64,000 nucleotides of DNA from Candidatus Omnitrophota bacterium (GCA_003598025.1 QZKH01000002.1:74133-138132); one strand, 5' to 3'; counted from the stretch's first letter, positions 38,326-48,574 are shown. A program made the numbers and translations. Notes: generated by a model from the letters alone, not told the origin.

Positions 38326-39702
38326 ATGTTCAAAAAACTATTAACACTAATTTTTATTTCAACCAGTTTGGGTTTTATATCTTCAAGGCTAGGTTTGAAT
38401 TACCATCAGGCCTTGTCCATAGGCATATTCTCAGCATCTATCCTTGGGACCTTGTTATTCTGGGATTTCCGCCTGGCTTTTGCATTTTGGGGCGTGTCAA
38501 TATTAATGCTGACTAAGACCATTGACCTAGAGAATATGATTAAATTCTCTTCATTGGAAGTAATACTCTTTTTAGTAGGTATGATGGTGTTAGTAGGCCT
38601 CTTAAAAGATTCAGGATTCTTTGCCTGGATAGTGCAGCTTATATTGCGTGTCAGGAATATGACTGCGCAGCGGTTTGTAATCATGATCACGCTTATTTCC
38701 GCGATACTTTCTGCTATGACATCAGAGGTTGTATCCATAATATTCATGGTTGCCGCTATTCTTGAAATCTGCGATTATTTTGAAGTTGACCCTGTGCCAT
38801 TTGTTATCATATCGGTTTTAGCTACCAATATCGGAAGCGCTTCTACTGTCTTGGGTAATCCCATAGGTATATTGATCGCCTCAAAAGCAGGTCTTACATT
38901 CGAAGATTTTATAATCAAGGCCTTTCCTCTTGCGATGGTGTGCTTATTTTTCACAATATTTTTGGTCTTATTTTGGTATAGGGACTCGATTAAAAGACTC
39001 AATAAGCACATAAAGGAGATGGGTGCTAATGAAATCCTTATAAGGCTTATTTCTGTCCCACCGGAAAAAGATTTAAAGACAGGGTTGATTATTTTCGGGG
39101 TAACTCTGTTTTTCATTGCCATGCACCACAGGATTGAGTTGCTCTTCAGCCTGGAACATAATACCGTACTTTTAATGATGCCGTTGCTTTCGAGCGGCGG
39201 GGTAATGATGTGGAAATACAATAAAGCCAGGGATTTTATAGAGAAGGATGTTGAGTGGTGGACACTTCTGTTTTTTATGATGCTCTTTGCTCAGGCAGGG
39301 ACACTTAAGTATACCGGAGCCACGGATATTATAGCAGGCAAGCTTGCCCATATCGCCGGGCAGAATCATTTGTCTCTCATTGGTATAGTCTTATGGGTTT
39401 CAGCGATAGGCTCAAGCATCCTGGATAATGTCGTCTTAGTCGCAGCTTTCATACCTGTAATACAGAGTTTTCAGGAGATAAACTTACAGCCTTTATGGTG
39501 GGCGTTACTGTTCGGAGGGTGCCTGGGAGGCAATATTACAATCGTTGGCTCTACAGCCAATATAGTTGCTTTAGGCATCCTTGAGAAAGAACAGAATATT
39601 AGAATGTCTTTCTTGAAGTGGTTCTGGATCGGTCTTTCCGTTGGGTTGATTACGGTAGGGATAGTCTGGGTAGCTTTAATATTTTTACCGTTTTATAATT
39701 AA
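38326..39702 (+). CDS. ArsB/NhaD-superfamily (CitMHS-like) anion permease
   Basis: Hairpin-loop motifs GNPIGILIA and GGNITIVGSTANIVA, repeated in the two halves. Confidence 0.6.
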   Translation: MFKKLLTLIFISTSLGFISSRLGLNYHQALSIGIFSASILGTLLFWDFRLAFAFWGVSILMLTKTIDLENMIKFSSLEVILFLVGMMVLVGLLKDSGFFAWIVQLILRVRNMTAQRFVIMITLISAILSAMTSEVVSIIFMVAAILEICDYFEVDPVPFVIISVLATNIGSASTVLGNPIGILIASKAGLTFEDFIIKAFPLAMVCLFFTIFLVLFWYRDSIKRLNKHIKEMGANEILIRLISVPPEKDLKTGLIIFGVTLFFIAMHHRIELLFSLEHNTVLLMMPLLSSGGVMMWKYNKARDFIEKDVEWWTLLFFMMLFAQAGTLKYTGATDIIAGKLAHIAGQNHLSLIGIVLWVSAIGSSILDNVVLVAAFIPVIQSFQEINLQPLWWALLFGGCLGGNITIVGSTANIVALGILEKEQNIRMSFLKWFWIGLSVGLITVGIVWVALIFLPFYN

Positions 39703-39742
39703 AGTTTATGGATAAATTAACCATCAACAGGAGGATGAAACT

Positions 39743-40192
39743 GTGAGAAAGGGAATTTTCTTAATTCTAATAGCTTTCTTATTTAGTGTCGCCTGCGCAA
39801 ACCTGGTTTTGTCAGAGGAGCTTGCTCCGGAAAAGGCTGTAGAAGAGGTTTCTGCGCCTCAAATAGATTTTCTCTGGGGGCATGTAGTAAGTATAAATAC
39901 TGAAAACGGTACGATTTTGATCGGATATAATGATATCGAAACAAACCAGGATAAGCAGGCAAATATAAGTGTTACCAAAGATACAGTTTTAGAAAATGTA
40001 ACCGAGTTAAAGGAGATAGCCCCGGGTGATTCAGCAAGTATCGATTATACTCTTTCTCCTTCGCAAGACATGATTGCAAAGAGCATATGGATAGAGAAGC
40101 CCCAGCAGAATGAGAGCGAGATATCTCCGGGTGACCTGCAGAATAAAGATGAAGCGGTTGCCATCGAACCTTCGGAAGTTCCAGCAGATTAA
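39743..40192 (+). CDS. hypothetical secreted acidic protein
   Basis: Signal peptide, then an Asp/Glu-rich sequence. No motif. Confidence 0.3.
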   Translation: MRKGIFLILIAFLFSVACANLVLSEELAPEKAVEEVSAPQIDFLWGHVVSINTENGTILIGYNDIETNQDKQANISVTKDTVLENVTELKEIAPGDSASIDYTLSPSQDMIAKSIWIEKPQQNESEISPGDLQNKDEAVAIEPSEVPAD

Positions 40193-40246
40193 CCCTGTTT
40201 TTTAACATTTAATCAGGCAGGATTATATCATCCTGCCTTTTTTAAC

Positions 40247-40885
40247 ATGGCCGAAAATAAACTTTTTATATTTGATTTGGACGGAACATTGATAGACGCA
40301 TATCCGGCGATAATAGATAGCTTTAATTTTACTATGGCAAAACTATGCTTACCATGCGTTTCACCGTCTATTATCCGAAAGAGCGTAGGAAGAGGCGACG
40401 AGAATCTCCTGCTTCCTTTCACAGGCAGGTTATTATTGAAAAAGGCTTTGTCAGTATACAGGAAGCATCATTCAAAAGCCCTGCTTAGCGGATCGAGATT
40501 GTTTCCTCAAACCAGAGAAGTGTTGCGGGGACTAAAAGAAAAAGGTTATCTGCTTGCAGTTGCAAGCAACAGGCCGACAAGATTTTCAGGGATACTCATA
40601 AAACACCTAAGAATAGACAGGTATTTTGATTACGTGCTTTGCGCAGACAAGCTTAAAAGAGGTAAGCCGGACCCGCTTATCCTGAATAAAATAATGAAGC
40701 GTTTGCATGTTAAGCCTTCAAATTCTTTCTATGTAGGTGACATGGTAATAGATGCGCAGGCAGGCAGGCGCGCGGGTGTTAAGTCTATAATCGTAACAAC
40801 CGGCTCCAGCAGCAGGGCTGAGATTAAAAGAGAAAGGCCGTATAAAATTATTCGGCATATCGGCAGCCTTTTAAAGCTGGCGTAA
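40247..40885 (+). CDS. HAD-superfamily hydrolase (phosphoglycolate-phosphatase-like)
   Basis: Motif I (FIFDLDGTLID), motif II (S/T), and a motif III/IV K...GD.V.D. Confidence 0.75.
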   Translation: MAENKLFIFDLDGTLIDAYPAIIDSFNFTMAKLCLPCVSPSIIRKSVGRGDENLLLPFTGRLLLKKALSVYRKHHSKALLSGSRLFPQTREVLRGLKEKGYLLAVASNRPTRFSGILIKHLRIDRYFDYVLCADKLKRGKPDPLILNKIMKRLHVKPSNSFYVGDMVIDAQAGRRAGVKSIIVTTGSSSRAEIKRERPYKIIRHIGSLLKLA

Positions 40886-40938
40886 TATGTTTCTCTTGAC
40901 ATGGGGCGCTTTTAATATATAGTAAAAATGGTGATGAT

Positions 40939-41676
40939 GTGAGGACAAAACTGATTTTATCGTTATTACTGGTCTTTGGTATTGTGGGATGCGCTAAACT
41001 CAATCCCTTTATCAAAGATAAATCCAAAAGGAATGCTTCGCTATCTCTACCTGATTATTCCGGCCTTAAGGCGAGTATGACAGTTGCCGATTTTGAGGTA
41101 AAGAATCAAAATACTGCTGCCGAGGTTGCTGCAAGCCTGCATCGGATGCTCGTAGAATCTCTGAGTAAAACGAACAGGTACGTTATTATTGATCCAAAAG
41201 TGCTTTCAGCAGTTAATGCCGCAAATGAGCAAACTGGCGCCTTGGCACCATCCGAGGGCACGCAAAAAAAGGAAGAGGCTGAGAAGCCGCCGGTGCCTGA
41301 CTTGATAGTATCTGTAAATATAGTTGAATTTCAACCCCAGGCATCCGGGGGTGCTTCAGGCGTAGGCGGAGGCGGAGGAGTAGGTAGCGGTACGCTTGGA
41401 GCTCTTTTAGGGGCAGCCTTAAACAGGGCGCACATGATACTTGATGTAAGGGTAATTGAAAGGGAAACTTCAAAGATTTTAGCCAGCACTAAGATCCAAG
41501 CCCAAGCATCAGATACAAGTGGTCCGATCATGGAGAACCTGCTTGGTGCAACGACACTCGGTAATGGTTTAGGCGCATTTGCCAACACGCCCATGGAAAA
41601 AGTGATTAGGATCTGTCTTAGTGAAACAGTAAGATATATTTATGACACGGTTCCATTAAAATATTACAAACAATAA
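40939..41676 (+). CDS. CsgG-family lipoprotein
   Basis: Lipobox VGC and a VADFEVKN block. SGG-Gly-rich loop followed by ILDVRVIE...ILAST, paralleling the SGGVGA...LRVVNV...ILSS region of CsgG. Confidence 0.5.
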   Translation: MRTKLILSLLLVFGIVGCAKLNPFIKDKSKRNASLSLPDYSGLKASMTVADFEVKNQNTAAEVAASLHRMLVESLSKTNRYVIIDPKVLSAVNAANEQTGALAPSEGTQKKEEAEKPPVPDLIVSVNIVEFQPQASGGASGVGGGGGVGSGTLGALLGAALNRAHMILDVRVIERETSKILASTKIQAQASDTSGPIMENLLGATTLGNGLGAFANTPMEKVIRICLSETVRYIYDTVPLKYYKQ

Positions 41677-41816
41677 ACTGATATGGGAAAACGTAAACGA
41701 AGAGGAAAACTTAACTGGCGCTCCAAGAGGGCCAATAAAGGCAAAAGACCCTGTTTGGGTTCGTAGTCTTTATTTTATAGCCGGATTTATCGTATTAAAA
41801 TTCAGGCTGGTTTTAT

Positions 41817-42560
41817 ATGATGGTTTTAACCTTAAGCCTTATTAGCACAGTCATTGTCAGCCTAATATCTCTCATAGGGATTTTCACCTTATTTATAAAT
41901 GAAAGGCTTTTAGGAAAAATCCTTTTTGGGCTGATTGGTTTTTCTGCCGGCTCGCTAATAGGCGGCGCCTTTCTGCATATCTTACCTGAAGTTTTAGAGC
42001 ATACTCAAGCCAACAGAACATTCTCCTATGTCATCGCAGGCATGGTTATTTTCTTTATTATGGAAAAGTATTTTTACTGGCGGCATTGTCATGAAGGCAA
42101 GTGTGATGTCCACGCCTTTACTTATTTAAACATTATTGGTGATGGTGTGCATAATTTTATTGATGGTATGCTGATAACCGCCAGTTTCTCCGTATCCGCA
42201 GGTTTAGGATTAGTCACGACTACGGCTGTTATTCTTCATGAGATACCGCAGGAGCTGGGCGACTTTGGGGTATTGGTTTATGGAGGCTTTAGCAGAAAGA
42301 AGGCATTATTTTTTAATTTTATTTCTGCTCTTGCAGCGATAATAGGCGCTTTAGTTTCTTATTTTATTATTGGGGCCGTGGAAGGTTTCTCCAATTTTCT
42401 CCTGCCGCTTACGGCAGGAGGTTTTATTTATATAGCTTCTTCGGATCTAATCCCCGAAATCCACAAGGAAGGCAATTTTAGGCGTAGTATTCTAGCCTTT
42501 GGTTCTTTTATACTCGGTCTTGCAGTTATGGCACTGGCCCGTGTCTTTATCCCAGGATAA
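41817..42560 (+). CDS. ZIP-family divalent metal transporter (ZupT-like)
   Basis: HEIPQELGDFGVL signature helix and His-rich motifs. Confidence 0.8.
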   Translation: MMVLTLSLISTVIVSLISLIGIFTLFINERLLGKILFGLIGFSAGSLIGGAFLHILPEVLEHTQANRTFSYVIAGMVIFFIMEKYFYWRHCHEGKCDVHAFTYLNIIGDGVHNFIDGMLITASFSVSAGLGLVTTTAVILHEIPQELGDFGVLVYGGFSRKKALFFNFISALAAIIGALVSYFIIGAVEGFSNFLLPLTAGGFIYIASSDLIPEIHKEGNFRRSILAFGSFILGLAVMALARVFIPG

Positions 42561-42602
42561 CAATACCTGAGCACCCCCCCCATAATATTTCTAAAAAAAT
42601 TC

Positions 42603-42646
42603 TTGACAAAATACAGTTATATGTTATTATTGAAAATGTATTTCAA
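42603..42646 (+). promoter_or_regulatory. promoter (TTGACA, 17 bp, TATTAT) with an overlapping 7-1-7 Fur-family box TTGAAAATGTATTTCAA upstream of the fur-family gene
   Basis: Read directly in the sequence. The box at 42630-42646 sits immediately downstream of the -10 element. Confidence 0.55.
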
Positions 42647-42656
42647 TAATATCTAG

Positions 42657-43103
42657 ATGAAAAAAGAAGTAGAGATTTTCAATAATTATATAAACCGTCG
42701 TAGATTCAGGCATACTCCGCAAAGGATAAAGATATTGGATGTGTTCCTGGAAACCGAGGGACATGTTTCATTCCAGGAGCTGTATAGGCTGGTTAAGAAG
42801 AAGCATCCTGAAATCGGCCTTACCACAGTTTATAGAAGCATGAAGCTTTTTTCAGAATGTGGGCTCTGCAGCGAAATCGATTTTGGCGATGGCGTCTTAA
42901 GGTTTGAGCATAAGTATAATCATAAACACCATGACCACCTTATCTGTACAAAATGCGGCCAGCTTATAGAAGTGGTAAGCCCAAGGCTTGAAAAGATGCA
43001 GGAAGCAATGGCGAAAAAGCATGGTTTTGTTTCATTGAGTCATAAGCTTGAAATATTCGGGATATGTAGCTCTTGTTATGGTCTGAGGTCACCTGCCAGG
43101 TAA
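42657..43103 (+). CDS. Fur-family metalloregulator (Fur/Zur)
   Basis: Winged-helix N-terminus (RHTPQRIKILDVF), HHDH, and C-terminal CxxC pairs (CTKCGQ..., CSSC). Confidence 0.85.
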   Translation: MKKEVEIFNNYINRRRFRHTPQRIKILDVFLETEGHVSFQELYRLVKKKHPEIGLTTVYRSMKLFSECGLCSEIDFGDGVLRFEHKYNHKHHDHLICTKCGQLIEVVSPRLEKMQEAMAKKHGFVSLSHKLEIFGICSSCYGLRSPAR

Positions 43104-43121
43104 ATTTTTTTTGTAATATAG

Positions 43122-43138
43122 TTGAAAATGATTATCAA
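43122..43138 (+). promoter_or_regulatory. second Fur-family-type box TTGAAAATGATTATCAA upstream of the OM-protein/feoB operon
   Basis: Matches the box at 42630-42646 at 14 of 17 positions. It lies 24 bp upstream of the ATG at 43162. Confidence 0.5.
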
Positions 43139-43161
43139 TAACATATAAACAAGGAGGAGAG

Positions 43162-43884
43162 ATGAAAAAAACATACTTGTTACTTTTAACAGTAATTTTA
43201 AATACTGTTATATTTTCTGTTTCTGCTTATGCCGACAACAGAAGCTATGTGTGGACATACGAATACATGACTATGCCTAAGGGGCTTTGGGAGGCAGAGG
43301 TTTATGCAACAACCGAGATCAAGGATATAAACCGGTCGAATATTAACACTGTTAAACATTGGCTTGAGCTTGAATACGGCCTAACCGACAGGCTTGATCT
43401 GGCAGTATACCAGATGTGGAAGACAGGCAATAAAATCTCGGAGAATGATACCGAGTATGACGGGTTTAAGGTCAGGGCTAGGTACCGATTCGGTGAAAAA
43501 GGAAAATTTTTGCTGGACCCGTTAGTATATTTGGAGTATATACGTAACGATGATCTGCATAAACCCAATGTGGGGGAAGCCAAGCTTATCTTGGCACGCG
43601 ATATCGGAAGAGTCAATATAAGCTACAACCAGATACTCAAAGCAAACCTTGAATCTGAGGGCCTGGCTGAATGGGAGTATGCAGCAGGAGGTAGCTATAA
43701 AATAAGCGAAACCTTTCGCTTTGGGCTTGAATCCAAGGGCAGTTATACAAAGGATAAAATTGCTGTCGGGCCAGTGGTTTCTTTCAGATTTGGGAAGAAC
43801 TGGATGGCTTTAGGGTCTGCGTTTGGATTGAATGAGAGGACCGATGATCTGCAGGTTAGGTTGATTGTAGGAATCCCGTTTTAA
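43162..43884 (+). CDS. hypothetical outer-membrane beta-barrel protein
   Basis: Signal peptide, alternating hydrophobic beta-strand pattern and a C-terminal aromatic residue (…GIPF). Confidence 0.35.
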   Translation: MKKTYLLLLTVILNTVIFSVSAYADNRSYVWTYEYMTMPKGLWEAEVYATTEIKDINRSNINTVKHWLELEYGLTDRLDLAVYQMWKTGNKISENDTEYDGFKVRARYRFGEKGKFLLDPLVYLEYIRNDDLHKPNVGEAKLILARDIGRVNISYNQILKANLESEGLAEWEYAAGGSYKISETFRFGLESKGSYTKDKIAVGPVVSFRFGKNWMALGSAFGLNERTDDLQVRLIVGIPF

Positions 43885-43916
43885 TAGTAAACTATATAGT
43901 ATTAGGAAAGGAATTT

Positions 43917-44414
43917 ATGCGTAAGATTGCCATATTCGGCTCTCCAAATGTCGGTAAATCCGTAATGTTTAGTAACCTTACGGGCAGTTATGCCATAGTT
44001 TCTAATTATCCCGGGACAACCGTTGAGGTTTCCCGTGGTAAAGCAAGGATAGGAGATGAAGAATTTGAAGTCATAGATACTCCGGGAGCGTATTCTTTAC
44101 TTCCGGTTACAGAAGAAGAGAGAGTGGCGCGCTCGATATTGATAAACGAAAGGCCTTCTATCGTGCTGCATATGCTAGATGCCAAGAATCTAGAGCGTAT
44201 GCTGCCTTTGACTTTACAGCTTTTAGAGGCGGGTATGCCAGTTATTTTAATATTAAATATAACCGATGAAGCAGAGGACGCAGGCATAAATATAGATGCA
44301 AACCGTCTGGAAAGAGATCTAAGCATACCGGTTTTAGCTACTGTTTCCACTACCGGCAAAGGACTGGATATTTTAAAGGGGAGAATAGAAGAATATGTTA
44401 AGAAACTTTTATAG
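43917..44414 (+). CDS. feoB: FeoB N-terminal GTPase domain as a separate ORF
   Basis: G1 GSPNVGKS, G2 T (PGTT), G3 DTPG and G4 NITD motifs. It stops at 44412-44414. Confidence 0.8.
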   Translation: MRKIAIFGSPNVGKSVMFSNLTGSYAIVSNYPGTTVEVSRGKARIGDEEFEVIDTPGAYSLLPVTEEERVARSILINERPSIVLHMLDAKNLERMLPLTLQLLEAGMPVILILNITDEAEDAGINIDANRLERDLSIPVLATVSTTGKGLDILKGRIEEYVKKLL

Positions 44415-45852
44415 AAAGATAGGTTATGATGATCCTCTGGAGTTGAGTTTATCCAGGCTGGAATCACTTTTATTATCGGACTATACCCTTTCTAAGCGCA
44501 GCATTTCTTTGCTTCTTCTGCAGGAAGATACGGAGATATTAGGCTTGGTCAAAGAAAGAGAGAAAGAGAGATTTTCAGAAATAACCACTATTATAGAAGA
44601 AACAAAAGCACATTATTCTCAGCCGCTTCTGCTTATCATTAGCCAGCGCCGCCAGGAAGAGGCAAGCCGTATAGCTAGAAGCGCCATCAGTCTTAAGGAA
44701 AAGCACAGACGCAGCATCAAGGGATATTTAAGTAAAATCATGATGAATCCTTTGACCGGAGGCCCTATACTTTTGGCAGTGCTTTATTACGGACTGTATA
44801 AATTTGTTGGAACTTTCGGTGCTGGCGTCTTGGTAGATTTTCTGGAGGAAAAGGTATTCGGAAATTTTATCAACCCGTTTATGATTAATATAATCACCCG
44901 CTATATACATTTTGAGCTACTACAGGATCTTCTTGTGGGGGAATATGGCATCATAACTCTTGGGGTCCGTTATGCCGTGGCAATCATATTACCGATTGTG
45001 GCGACATTTTTCTTTGCTTTTGCTATTGTCGAAGATACAGGTTATCTCCCGAGGCTGGCTATGTTAGTAGACAGGATGTTTAAGCGTATAGGCCTTTCCG
45101 GCAGGGCGGTGATACCTCTGGTATTAGGTTTCGGTTGTGATACGATGGCAACCATGGTAACACGGACGTTACCTACTAAACGTGAGCGGATTATCGCAAC
45201 ACTTTTGTTGGCTCTTGCTATTCCTTGTTCTGCACAGATGGGGGTAATCTTAGGGCTTCTTGGAGATAAACCGATTGGTTTGATTGTTTGGCTAGGGGTA
45301 ATAATAGCGGTATTTATGTTTATAGGATATTTGGCGGCGAAAATAATGCCGGGAGAGATGCCTACATTTTATATGGAGATTCCGCCTCTTAGGCTTCCTA
45401 AGTTATCCAATATCCTGCGTAAAACATGGTTTCGTCTTAGATGGTATTTTCTTGAGATATTGCCTATATTCTTGATTGCCAGTTTCATTATCTGGTTGGG
45501 GCAGATTACCGGGGTATTTAATTTCCTAGTGAAGCTTCTTGGTTTTCCTGTACGCTGGATAGGCCTCCCTAATGAGGCTGCAGTTGCTTTTTTATTTGGA
45601 TTCTTCCGCCGTGATTACGGGGCGGCAGGCCTCTATGATTTAAAAAAAGCAGGCCTTTTATCGGGTAATCAATTAGTAATAGCATGCGTTACACTTACCT
45701 TATTTTTACCATGTATCGCTCAATTGATGATAAATGTTAAGGAGCGCGGTATACGCATGGGGATAGCCATGTCTATATTCATTCTATTTTTTTCTTTTGG
45801 CACCGGATACATTCTAAATATACTCTTGACTCTGTTTAGCCTGCACTTATAA
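44395..45852 (+). CDS. feoB: FeoB helical/GDI and membrane (gate) domains as a separate ORF overlapping the G-domain ORF by 20 nt
   Basis: Polytopic membrane region with FeoB gate motifs and a nucleoside-recognition-like repeat. Starts MLRNFYRK in a different frame. Confidence 0.8.
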   Translation: MLRNFYRKIGYDDPLELSLSRLESLLLSDYTLSKRSISLLLLQEDTEILGLVKEREKERFSEITTIIEETKAHYSQPLLLIISQRRQEEASRIARSAISLKEKHRRSIKGYLSKIMMNPLTGGPILLAVLYYGLYKFVGTFGAGVLVDFLEEKVFGNFINPFMINIITRYIHFELLQDLLVGEYGIITLGVRYAVAIILPIVATFFFAFAIVEDTGYLPRLAMLVDRMFKRIGLSGRAVIPLVLGFGCDTMATMVTRTLPTKRERIIATLLLALAIPCSAQMGVILGLLGDKPIGLIVWLGVIIAVFMFIGYLAAKIMPGEMPTFYMEIPPLRLPKLSNILRKTWFRLRWYFLEILPIFLIASFIIWLGQITGVFNFLVKLLGFPVRWIGLPNEAAVAFLFGFFRRDYGAAGLYDLKKAGLLSGNQLVIACVTLTLFLPCIAQLMINVKERGIRMGIAMSIFILFFSFGTGYILNILLTLFSLHL

Positions 45853-45870
45853 TTAAAACAAGGAGATTTT

Positions 45871-46509
45871 ATGTTATCGCAATCGGCGGAAGAAATTTTA
45901 GAGGCATTGGCGGTTCAGCAAGAACAGGGCAAAAAACCGCTGGATCTGGGAGCGTCTCGCGATGACCCTGCGATCGAAGAATTAGTGCGATTAGGGTTTG
46001 TGCGTAAGGACGGCACCCATATACATCTGTTAGAAAAAGGGGAATCTGCAGCCCAGGGTGCTTTACGCAGGCATCGTTTGGCAGAACGCCTTTTGGTTGA
46101 TGTCTTTGATGTGAAAAAAAAGATAATAGATGAGGTAAGTTGCAAGTTTGAACATATCCTTCATGCCGGGCTTGAAGATAACGTCTGTACTATTTTAGGC
46201 CATCCCAGGGTCTGTCCGCACGGCAAGCCTATTCCTCCAGGAAAATGCTGCGGGAAGAAATATAATACTAAATTCCTGAGATTTGTTGCTCGCCTATCTG
46301 AATTGGAGGTGCATGATAAGGGAAATATCGCCTATCTTCAGAGTAAGAATGCCTCGCAAATGCAGAAACTCATCAGTATAGGCGCGCTTCCCGGAATATC
46401 AGTAACCTTAATACAAAAGTTTCCTTCCTATGTTTTTCAATTAGGCCAGAGCCAGTTTGCCATAGACAAGGAGCTGGCATCCGCAATTTATGTTCGCTTG
46501 ACTAAGTAA
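45871..46509 (+). CDS. DtxR-family metal-dependent regulator fused to a C-terminal FeoA (SH3-like) domain
   Basis: N-terminal DtxR-type HTH/dimerisation helices (ALRRHRLAERLL) and a C-terminal FeoA-like beta domain. Confidence 0.6.
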   Translation: MLSQSAEEILEALAVQQEQGKKPLDLGASRDDPAIEELVRLGFVRKDGTHIHLLEKGESAAQGALRRHRLAERLLVDVFDVKKKIIDEVSCKFEHILHAGLEDNVCTILGHPRVCPHGKPIPPGKCCGKKYNTKFLRFVARLSELEVHDKGNIAYLQSKNASQMQKLISIGALPGISVTLIQKFPSYVFQLGQSQFAIDKELASAIYVRLTK

Positions 46510-46532
46510 GAGATAGCCTTATAATAAAATCC

Positions 46533-47537
46533 ATGAAAGCAATAGGACTTATTTCCGGAGGGCTGGATAGTATATTGGCTGCAAGGATAATGAAGGATTC
46601 TGGTATTGAACTGATAGCTTTACATACCAGCAGCCCATTCTGTCTTTGCAACAAGAGAGGTTCTTCGGGATGTGTGCATAGTGCCCAGAAGGCAGCCGAT
46701 GACCTTGGCATCAGGCTTATTAACATAAATGTTTCAAGAGAAATAATTGATATTGTAAAAAAGCCTAAATACGGCTACGGCTCTAATATGAATCCCTGTA
46801 TTGATTGCCGTATCCTGCTTTTTAAGAAAGCAAAAGAAGCTATGAGCAGGGAGAATGCCTCTTTTGTGATTACAGGTGAAGTCCTGGGCCAGAGGCCAAT
46901 GTCGCAAAAAAGAGATATTATGAAGTTAATAGACAGAGAGTCGGGCCTGGAGGGGTTAGTATTAAGACCATTATCAGCCAGGGTTATGGAGCCGACACTT
47001 GCTGAAGAGAAAGGCTGGATTGATAGAAACAAACTCTTGGCGATAAGCGGCAGGGGCAGGAAAGAGCAGATATCGTTAGCCCGCTCATTTGGAGTATATG
47101 ATTATCCTTGCCCCAGCGGAGGATGCCTGCTTACAGACCCTCAGTTCAGCAGACGCTTAAAGGATCTGATTAAATACGGGAATATTGGTTTAAATGAGGT
47201 AAACTTGCTTAAGGTCGGCAGGCATTTCAGGATAAATGACAAGTTAAAGCTTGTTGTGGGGCGCAATGAAAAAGAAAACCAACAGTTGCTGAATTTAGCA
47301 AGCAGCCCGGATATGCTATTTTTACCACCCGATGATATTGCCGGCCCTATCTCCTTAGCCCGCGGGCAGATAGACAATGAATCCAGAGATTTCTGTTGCC
47401 GTATCGTATCCAGGTATTATGACAACCATGATAGCGGTCCTGTTAAGGTGGTATATAAATATTTTGGAGATTCCCAGGGCAAAGAATGCATAATTTCTCC
47501 TGCAGTTGATAAGGAAATTCAGGATATGAAGGTATAA
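46533..47537 (+). CDS. PP-loop ATP pyrophosphatase of the ThiI/MnmA tRNA-thiolation type, no THUMP domain, with CxxC+C candidate Fe-S ligands
   Basis: SGGLDS PP-loop, NPCIDC and YPCPSGGC cysteines, and a TGEVLGQ block resembling ThiI TGESLGQ. Confidence 0.5.
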   Translation: MKAIGLISGGLDSILAARIMKDSGIELIALHTSSPFCLCNKRGSSGCVHSAQKAADDLGIRLININVSREIIDIVKKPKYGYGSNMNPCIDCRILLFKKAKEAMSRENASFVITGEVLGQRPMSQKRDIMKLIDRESGLEGLVLRPLSARVMEPTLAEEKGWIDRNKLLAISGRGRKEQISLARSFGVYDYPCPSGGCLLTDPQFSRRLKDLIKYGNIGLNEVNLLKVGRHFRINDKLKLVVGRNEKENQQLLNLASSPDMLFLPPDDIAGPISLARGQIDNESRDFCCRIVSRYYDNHDSGPVKVVYKYFGDSQGKECIISPAVDKEIQDMKV

Positions 47538-47553
47538 CTTTTATCCAGAAAAG

Positions 47554-48570
47554 ATGAAAGAAGCTTATTTGTATGAAGTTATAAGTGGCGGGTATCTGCA
47601 TTGTTATCTTTGTTCACATAATTGTAAAATTAAAGAAGGGAATTCCGGATTTTGCGGCGTCAGGAAGAATATCGCCGGCAAGCTTTATTCTTTAAATTAC
47701 GGAAATCCGATAGCCATGCAGGTTGACCCGGTTGAAAAGAAGCCGCTTTATCATTTCCTCCCCGGTACAGACACCTTTTCTATAGCGACAATAGGATGTA
47801 ATTTCCGCTGTGGATTTTGCCAAAATTGGCAGATCTCACAGGCCCGGCTCGATGATAAAGCCGCAGCCGAGGGTAAGAAATTAATCCTGCCGGAGGCAAT
47901 TGTAAATTCCGCAATAAGAACCCGCTGCCCCAGTATATCTTATACTTATACTGAACCGACAATATTCTTTGAATATGCATATGATATAGCAAAGATTGCC
48001 AAGGAAAATAAGCTCTGTAATATTTTTGTAACGAATGGCTTCATGTCGAAAGATGCAATATTGATGATTAAGCCGTATCTTGATGCTGCTAATGTGGATT
48101 TAAAATTCTTTGATGATGAGATTTATAAAAAAGACTGTTCCGGAAGGCTCAACCCGGTACTGGATAGCATAAGGCTTATGAAGGAGCTGGATATATGGGT
48201 CGAGATAACAACCCTGATAATACCGGGCGAAAATGATTCGGAGGTTCAATTGAGCGGCATCGCCGGATTTATCTCCGGTATAGATAAAGGTATCCCCTGG
48301 CATATATCAAGGTTTTTCCCTAATTATGAGTTCGGTGACAGGCTGCCCACAGAAGAATCTGTTTTAAATAAGGCCAAGGAGATCGGCCTTGATGCCGGAC
48401 TTAAATACATTTATTTAGGAAATCTGCAAACAGGGGATAATAATACTTATTGCCCGGGATGCAAAAAACTATTGGTAGAAAGAACAGGATTTTCTATGCT
48501 TTCAAACCGGATAAAAGTTGATAGGTGCCCCCATTGTAATTCAACTATTCCTGGAAAGTTTGTCCCTTAA
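47554..48570 (+). CDS. radical SAM enzyme of the AmmeMemoRadiSam-system type
   Basis: N-terminal Cys cluster (C..C..C), CNFRCGFCQNW radical-SAM motif, and a C-terminal CPGC...CPHC. Confidence 0.55.
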   Translation: MKEAYLYEVISGGYLHCYLCSHNCKIKEGNSGFCGVRKNIAGKLYSLNYGNPIAMQVDPVEKKPLYHFLPGTDTFSIATIGCNFRCGFCQNWQISQARLDDKAAAEGKKLILPEAIVNSAIRTRCPSISYTYTEPTIFFEYAYDIAKIAKENKLCNIFVTNGFMSKDAILMIKPYLDAANVDLKFFDDEIYKKDCSGRLNPVLDSIRLMKELDIWVEITTLIIPGENDSEVQLSGIAGFISGIDKGIPWHISRFFPNYEFGDRLPTEESVLNKAKEIGLDAGLKYIYLGNLQTGDNNTYCPGCKKLLVERTGFSMLSNRIKVDRCPHCNSTIPGKFVP

Positions 48571-48574
48571 TAAT

